Below are positions 58,889 to 64,000 of a stretch of 64,000 bases of DNA, in pieces (the stretch's first letter is position 1; each line of letters starts with the position of its first letter). The notes below the pieces were generated by a model, which worked only from the letters and a program-made list of their open reading frames with translations, was not told the origin of the DNA and ran no database searches. Origin of the DNA: Candidatus Bathyarchaeia archaeon. GTDB lineage: Archaea; Thermoproteota; Bathyarchaeia; 40CM-2-53-6; DTGE01. Position numbers and translations under genes: made by a program. Where the stretch lies: positions 73,050-137,049 of the forward strand of contig JAWCKG010000001.1 of the NCBI GenBank assembly GCA_038852285.1, written 5' to 3'.

Positions 58889-59791
58889 ATGATGCTAGGA
58901 TTCGTTGGGTTAGGAAGAATGGGAAAACCCATGGTTCTGAACCTGCTAAGGAAAGGCCATAGGGTGGTGGCCTACACGCCGAGGAACGTCCAAGCCCTTC
59001 GAGATGTGGAATCAAAGGGAGCCATCGCCGTTAGATCCCTCGCAGAGATTCCCCTCAAGCTTTCCAGGCCTAGGATCATTTACTTGGAGATTCCAGCGGG
59101 CGATCCTGTAGAAAACGCCATAAACGAGCTAACGCCCCTCCTAGAGTCTGGTGACATCCTTATTGACGGAGGAAACTCATTTTTCAAGGACTCGATGAGG
59201 AGGGCCCAAACCCTCAAGGAGAAGGGAGTATACTACTTGGATGTGGGCACTAGCGGGGGCCAGGAAGGAGCGGAGAAGGGTTTATGCCTGATGGTGGGAG
59301 GCGATGAAACAGCCTACAATCTGTGCGAACCCATCTTCGAAGCCTTAGCCGCGCCTGGAGCGTACACACATGTCGGCGAAAGCGGCGCCGGACACTTTGT
59401 GAAAATGTGTCACAACGGAGTGCTCTACGCCATGCTGGAAGCGTATGGTGAAGGGTTCGCCATGCTTCACTCAGCACCCTTCAAGCTGAAGCTGGATCAA
59501 ATCGCCGACATATGGAGGAAGGGAAGCGTAGTTCGTTCATGGCTACTAGACCTCGCCTACGAGGCTTTAAAAAAGGACCCTGAGCTCAAGGAGTACGGCC
59601 ACTCAGTAGGAGGCGGAGAAACAGGCACTTGGGCGGTGGAAACAGCGCATGAGCTCAATGTTCCAACCCCATGCATGGCCATGGCTTTGCAGATGAGGTA
59701 CATTTCCCGGTTAAAGGAGCTGTTCTCCGGCAAGGTCATAGCCGCCTTAAGATACGAATTCGGAGGACATGAATATAAAAGGCCAGAGTAG
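58889..59791 (+). CDS. gnd: 6-phosphogluconate dehydrogenase (decarboxylating), short-form YqeC/Gnd-like
   Basis: N-terminal LGFVGLGRMGKPMVLNL Rossmann and the 6PGDH signature GAGHFVKMCHNGVLYAMLEAYGEGF. 300 aa. Confidence 0.75.
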   Translation: MMLGFVGLGRMGKPMVLNLLRKGHRVVAYTPRNVQALRDVESKGAIAVRSLAEIPLKLSRPRIIYLEIPAGDPVENAINELTPLLESGDILIDGGNSFFKDSMRRAQTLKEKGVYYLDVGTSGGQEGAEKGLCLMVGGDETAYNLCEPIFEALAAPGAYTHVGESGAGHFVKMCHNGVLYAMLEAYGEGFAMLHSAPFKLKLDQIADIWRKGSVVRSWLLDLAYEALKKDPELKEYGHSVGGGETGTWAVETAHELNVPTPCMAMALQMRYISRLKELFSGKVIAALRYEFGGHEYKRPE

Positions 59792-59861
59792 ACGTAGAAG
59801 CCTAGGCAAGCAAATAACCTCAACCCAAACTCCTTTTTAAGGATCCTACTGTTCAAAGGAG

Positions 59862-61694
59862 TTGCGTCGCGTGGAGTTGGTTGGAGGGTATAATGGGAGA
59901 ATTCTGAGGATAAACCTTACCACGGAGAATTCGAAGACTGAGGCCGTTCCCAGGAAATGGGTTCAAAGATACATGGGTGGCAGGGGAATCGCAGCCCGTA
60001 TCTACTATGAGGAGCTCTCGCCTAAAGTTGACCCTTTATCACCTGAGAACAAACTGATCTTTTTCACAGGACCCCTCACCGGGACAGTGGTTCCATCCAC
60101 AGGGAAATATGAATGCGTCACCAAAAGCCCCCTCACAGGCCGATACCTATGCTCTAACGCCTCAGGATTTTTCGCCCCCGAGCTGAAAAAGGCTGGCTAT
60201 GACGGCCTTATCGTCGAAGGAAAAGCGAAAAAACCAGTCTATATCTGGATAAATGATGAGGATGTTGAGTTTAGGTCGGCAAAGCATCTATCATTCAAGA
60301 CCACTTCGGAAACCCAAACCACGGTCAAGGAGGAAACCAATCCCGGCTCAAGGGTGATGTGCATCGGCCCAGCTGGGGAGAGGTTGGTCAGGTTCGCGTG
60401 CATTCAATCAGACCATCGATCCTTCGGCCGAGGAGGAGCGGGGGCGGTCATGGGCTCGAAGGGGTTGAAGGCCATTGCCGTCAAAGGAGCTGGAACGGTC
60501 AACGTCTACGACCCCGAAGGGTTGAGGAAGAAGGTTAGAGAGCTGTTACCCAACATCGCGGCCGCGGCTCGAGAATATAGGAAACATGGCACCCTATACA
60601 TCATAGACCTAGGCGACGAGAAGGGGGTTATGCCCACAAGAAACTTTCAAGGCACAGTTTACAACTACGCCTCCGAGAAGATCGGCGTAAAGGTGATGGA
60701 AAAATACCTCGTATCCCATACCGCCTGCTACAACTGCCCCATCGCCTGCGGAAAACTCTTGGAGGCAAAGGATCCACCCTACAGAGGTTTGAGGGCTGAC
60801 GTAGACTATGAAATCGCCTGGGCTCTCGGGCCATTATGCGGCGTGTTCGACTACTCACCCATCATAGCAGCCATTCACTCCGTTGACGAATATGGGCTCG
60901 ATGGAATATCCACCGGGTACGCTGTTAGCTACGCCATGGAACTATATGAACGAGGAATCATCTGCAAAAAGCATCTTAACGGCCTAGAACTCCGATACGG
61001 AAACCATGAGGCATTAATGAAGATGATCGTGATGATCGCGGAGAGGAAGGGTTTTGGAGACATCCTCGCCGAGGGGGCGTTAAGGGCCTCCCGTAAGCTC
61101 GGTGAAAACGCTGAGAAATATGTGATGCACGTGAAGGGGTTGTCCTTAACGGGATGGGAGCCTAGGGCCATGACGGGCATGGCCTTAGCCTTCGCCACCT
61201 CCAGCCGGGGAGCATGCCACAACGTGGGAGGCTGGACTGGAAGGGATGAGCTGATCGCTGAGGCTGTGGACCGGTTCGCGGTAAAGGGAAAGGGGAAGCT
61301 GGTGAAGACCCTGCAGGATACGAGAGCTTACATCGATTCCCTCGGTCTATGCACGTACATGCGCTCCCCCCTCGGGTTTAAAGGCGACGTCCCAGACATG
61401 AGCCTTCTCAACTTAGTCACAGGAATCCGCTTCGAAGGAACGTTGATGGAGATTGGTGAGAGAATATACAACCTGGAAAGGCTAATACTAAACCGGGAAG
61501 GTGTTGGAAGAGGGGAAGACGATCTCCCCTCACGAATAAAGTCCGAGGCCGTGGTTGTAGACGAAACCGGGAAGCCTCGCTTCCTGAAAGAAGAGGACTT
61601 TCAAGGAATGCTAGACGAATACTATGAGGAAAGGGGATGGACCTCCGACGGTCAACCTACTCTCGAAAAGTTGAAGTCTCTGAAAATCCCCTAA
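59862..61694 (+). CDS. aor: Aldehyde:ferredoxin oxidoreductase (tungstopterin AOR family)
   Basis: N-terminus MRRVELVGGYNGRILRINLTTENSKTEAVP and the AOR domain organisation. 610 aa. Confidence 0.85.
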   Translation: MRRVELVGGYNGRILRINLTTENSKTEAVPRKWVQRYMGGRGIAARIYYEELSPKVDPLSPENKLIFFTGPLTGTVVPSTGKYECVTKSPLTGRYLCSNASGFFAPELKKAGYDGLIVEGKAKKPVYIWINDEDVEFRSAKHLSFKTTSETQTTVKEETNPGSRVMCIGPAGERLVRFACIQSDHRSFGRGGAGAVMGSKGLKAIAVKGAGTVNVYDPEGLRKKVRELLPNIAAAAREYRKHGTLYIIDLGDEKGVMPTRNFQGTVYNYASEKIGVKVMEKYLVSHTACYNCPIACGKLLEAKDPPYRGLRADVDYEIAWALGPLCGVFDYSPIIAAIHSVDEYGLDGISTGYAVSYAMELYERGIICKKHLNGLELRYGNHEALMKMIVMIAERKGFGDILAEGALRASRKLGENAEKYVMHVKGLSLTGWEPRAMTGMALAFATSSRGACHNVGGWTGRDELIAEAVDRFAVKGKGKLVKTLQDTRAYIDSLGLCTYMRSPLGFKGDVPDMSLLNLVTGIRFEGTLMEIGERIYNLERLILNREGVGRGEDDLPSRIKSEAVVVDETGKPRFLKEEDFQGMLDEYYEERGWTSDGQPTLEKLKSLKIP

Positions 61695-61770
61695 ACCCTT
61701 CTGGCCTGATCCATCCCTGTCCAATGGGAAGCGCGAGTTTAAACCCCCAGCATCTGATGTTGAGTCCCTG

Positions 61771-62559
61771 TCACCGTGCGTCTGGAAACGCCATCTCCTC
61801 TAATACTCTTCTTCTAAGCCTCTGGAACTTAAGGCTGGTTCTGTCCCTAGGTCTTTTCAAGCCTACCGAGTAAACATTCTTCACGGACGCCGGCCTGGGC
61901 GTGAGCACGACGATCCTGTCAGCCAGGTATACGGCTTCATCAATGTTATGGGTGACGAACAGTATGGTCTTACCGGTGGCTTTCCAAATGTACACGAGCT
62001 CGCTTTGCATGAGGTTCCTAGTTTGAGCGTCCAGAGCCGTGAATGGTTCATCCATCAGCAACACCTCCGGTCCAGGGGCTAAGGCCCTAGCGATGGCGAC
62101 CCTCTGCTTCATGCCTCCCGAGAGCTCATGAGGATACTTATCTTCCCAGCCCTCTAAGCCGACCAGCTGTAAGTAATGGCTTGAAACCCTCCTCATCTCC
62201 TCTATCGATAAACCCTTGAACTCCAAGCCGAATTCGACGTTTCCCCTCACCGTTCTCCAGGGGAATAGGGCGAGGTCTTGGAAAACCATCCCCTTAGCGG
62301 GGCTGGGCCCCTCCGACCTCGCTCCATCCACCGTCACGTAGCCTCCATCAGGCGCCTCTAACCCTGCGACAACCCTGAGCAAGGTTGTTTTCCCACATCC
62401 TGAAGGGCCTACAACGCAGAGAAACTCCCCATCCCAAACCCTCAAAGAAACATCGACCAAAACCTTAAGAGGCGCTGCGCCGGGCTGTGGAAAAGACTTT
62501 GAGACTCCAACCACCTCCACCTTAACCTTACCCCCACCCAGCTTGCTGGGCTTGTTCAA
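61771..62559 (-). CDS. ABC transporter ATP-binding protein (NitT/TauT nitrate/sulfonate/bicarbonate family)
   Basis: Walker A VVGPSGCGKTT, LSGGMKQRVAIARAL and LLMDEPFTALD. Confidence 0.8.
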   Translation of the reverse strand: MNKPSKLGGGKVKVEVVGVSKSFPQPGAAPLKVLVDVSLRVWDGEFLCVVGPSGCGKTTLLRVVAGLEAPDGGYVTVDGARSEGPSPAKGMVFQDLALFPWRTVRGNVEFGLEFKGLSIEEMRRVSSHYLQLVGLEGWEDKYPHELSGGMKQRVAIARALAPGPEVLLMDEPFTALDAQTRNLMQSELVYIWKATGKTILFVTHNIDEAVYLADRIVVLTPRPASVKNVYSVGLKRPRDRTSLKFQRLRRRVLEEMAFPDAR

Positions 62560-62582
62560 CGTTCAGTATCCTCCGCTTAAAT

Positions 62583-63365
62583 TCAAGGTATGAAAGCGCC
62601 GACTCGCCATCGAAGCCACATCCTCTCCGTGAGGGCTCTGAAACCCCAATCCATCAGCAAAGCCAGTAGGCCTAGCAGAATCATGTAGGCGATCAAATTA
62701 TCTGTTTGATGAAGGTAGTAGAATCTTTGAAAGATTCGGAATCCCAAGCCGCTCTCACTGACCCCGAAGATTTCAGCCGCCACCACGCACATCCAACCTA
62801 CCCCCATGCCAATTCTAACGCCCGCGAGAATGGACGGTGAAGCGTATGGGAACGCCACAGCCCTAACCAAGTCCCAGTCGCGTAGACAACCTAAAACCTG
62901 AGCGGCCTCCACAAACCGTTTCTCCACGCCTCTGAAACCTGTGTAGGCGTTTATGAGTATGGGGAAAACCGCGCCGATGAACACGATAAAACCGGCTGAG
63001 AAATGGGTGAGGTGGAACCAAACGATGGCGAGTGGAACCCAAGCTATGGGAGGTATTGGCCTGAGGATTTCGATCAAAGGGTCTAGGATTTGGTCCATTA
63101 TCCTGCTCCAACCCATCAACGACCCCACAGGCACGCCGACCATCAAACCCATGGCCAAGCCGAGGGCGAAGTGCATCAGGCTGACAGCCAGGTCCTGGAG
63201 GAGAACGGTTTCAGCCAGCCGAGTGTACGCTTTCGCCACGTCGAGGAAGCTGGGAAGTATGAAGCTGTTCCTGACCAAGAAGTCCGCCAACACCTGCCAA
63301 AGCGCCGCCGCGGCCGCTAGGGAAACCAATCCCCTAGCCTTCACCCGTAGACTCATCCAACTCAC
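62583..63365 (-). CDS. ABC transporter permease (NitT/TauT family)
   Basis: 6 TM helices and a binding-protein-dependent transport signature region. Confidence 0.75.
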   Translation of the reverse strand: MSWMSLRVKARGLVSLAAAAALWQVLADFLVRNSFILPSFLDVAKAYTRLAETVLLQDLAVSLMHFALGLAMGLMVGVPVGSLMGWSRIMDQILDPLIEILRPIPPIAWVPLAIVWFHLTHFSAGFIVFIGAVFPILINAYTGFRGVEKRFVEAAQVLGCLRDWDLVRAVAFPYASPSILAGVRIGMGVGWMCVVAAEIFGVSESGLGFRIFQRFYYLHQTDNLIAYMILLGLLALLMDWGFRALTERMWLRWRVGAFIP

Positions 63366-63412
63366 TTCCAGTCCCCAACTGATTTGGAAAAGCCCACCTT
63401 TAGGTTTCGAGG

Positions 63413-64000
63413 CTAAAGCCTAGAGGCGACTTCGTCGTAGATGGTGGTGTCAAAAAGGTCCCTGGCCACGAGGCTGTGCTCAACTTCCCCCAACTCCTTC
63501 AACACCTCAGCGTATTTTAAGGTAATCTCCATTCCAATATGGGGGTCGTGAACCCACCTACCGTCCCACGTTTTAAAGGAATGTTGAACAGCCTTTAAAT
63601 CCCACCCCGTCTTCTCGCTGAATATTTCCGCCGCCTCTCCTTCGTGTTGAATGTTGTACTCCGTAGCCTTTATATGGGTTCTCACGATTTCCTCCGCCAA
63701 GTCTCTCCGATCCCTCAATAACTCCCCTGATAAAACCAAGCAGCAACAGGTGTGGTTTGGCCACATCTCCCCTGAGCCAACAACCATCCTGCCACTTCCC
63801 TCCAACTCTATAGTGGCAGGGTAGGGGTGTGGTAGGAAGCATCCATCAACCGCCCCCGCGGCTATTGCTGTAACAGCGTCTCCAGGGCCCATGGAAACCA
63901 GCGTGAGGTCTTGGTCGGGGTTGATGGAATGCTCCAACAACCATTTCCTCAAGACGGTGTTTTGAATAGAGCCCGGCGGGAAGGTAGCGATCTTCAAGCC
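63413..64000 (-). CDS. NMT1/SsuA-like periplasmic substrate-binding protein. Partial: the N-terminus lies beyond the window end.
   Basis: The ORF continues open to the window edge. The C-terminal half matches an SBP fold (VDGCFLPHPYP). Forms an operon with the downstream permease and ATPase. Confidence 0.5.
   Translation of the reverse strand, partial: GLKIATFPPGSIQNTVLRKWLLEHSINPDQDLTLVSMGPGDAVTAIAAGAVDGCFLPHPYPATIELEGSGRMVVGSGEMWPNHTCCCLVLSGELLRDRRDLAEEIVRTHIKATEYNIQHEGEAAEIFSEKTGWDLKAVQHSFKTWDGRWVHDPHIGMEITLKYAEVLKELGEVEHSLVARDLFDTTIYDEVASRL

Overview
The window reads as a gene-dense archaeal chromosome segment of about 50% GC. I think it is a thermophilic TACK/Thermoproteota-like organism, because it carries TBP, archaeal GatD/GatE, Elp3, archaeal-type iPGM (ApgM), a type IA topoisomerase with Zn ribbons, ATP-dependent DNA ligase, Hjc-like nuclease and tungsten-type AOR. 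Core content: a complete reverse-strand trp operon trpE-G-D-C-F-B (1-5621, trpB runs off the window); a forward-strand hisB-H-A-F-I operon (23554-26711); and a guaB / small membrane protein / Zn-ribbon protein / topA block (13726-18068). Also an elp3-gatD-gatE block; tbp, lig, apgM and thrB; a CUT1-type sugar ABC transporter with two MalK-like ATPases next to gnd, an rpe-like gene, Gfo/Idh/MocA oxidoreductases and AOR; and a NitT/TauT-type ABC transporter at the window end. I found no tRNA/rRNA genes, no CRISPR array and no obvious IS element. Most worth a second look: (i) an overlapping two-gene cassette (43109-45185) encoding a protein whose C-terminal half resembles the TiaS Thr18-Cyt kinase domain, followed by a radical-SAM-like protein with a non-canonical Cx8Cx2C motif; (ii) a glycan/exopolysaccharide cluster (9357-13769) with a DPM1-like GT2, a processive QxxRW GT2 and a 738-aa polytopic GT-C-like protein; (iii) inverted TGTACA boxes in the trp promoter; (iv) a roughly 2.7 kb gene-poor stretch (34178-36885) holding an isolated pyrK-like gene and a three-unit alternating palindrome; (v) a secreted protein with an archaeosortase-type C-terminal tripartite signal. 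All calls come from reading the supplied six-frame ORFs and the DNA; no database searches were possible.
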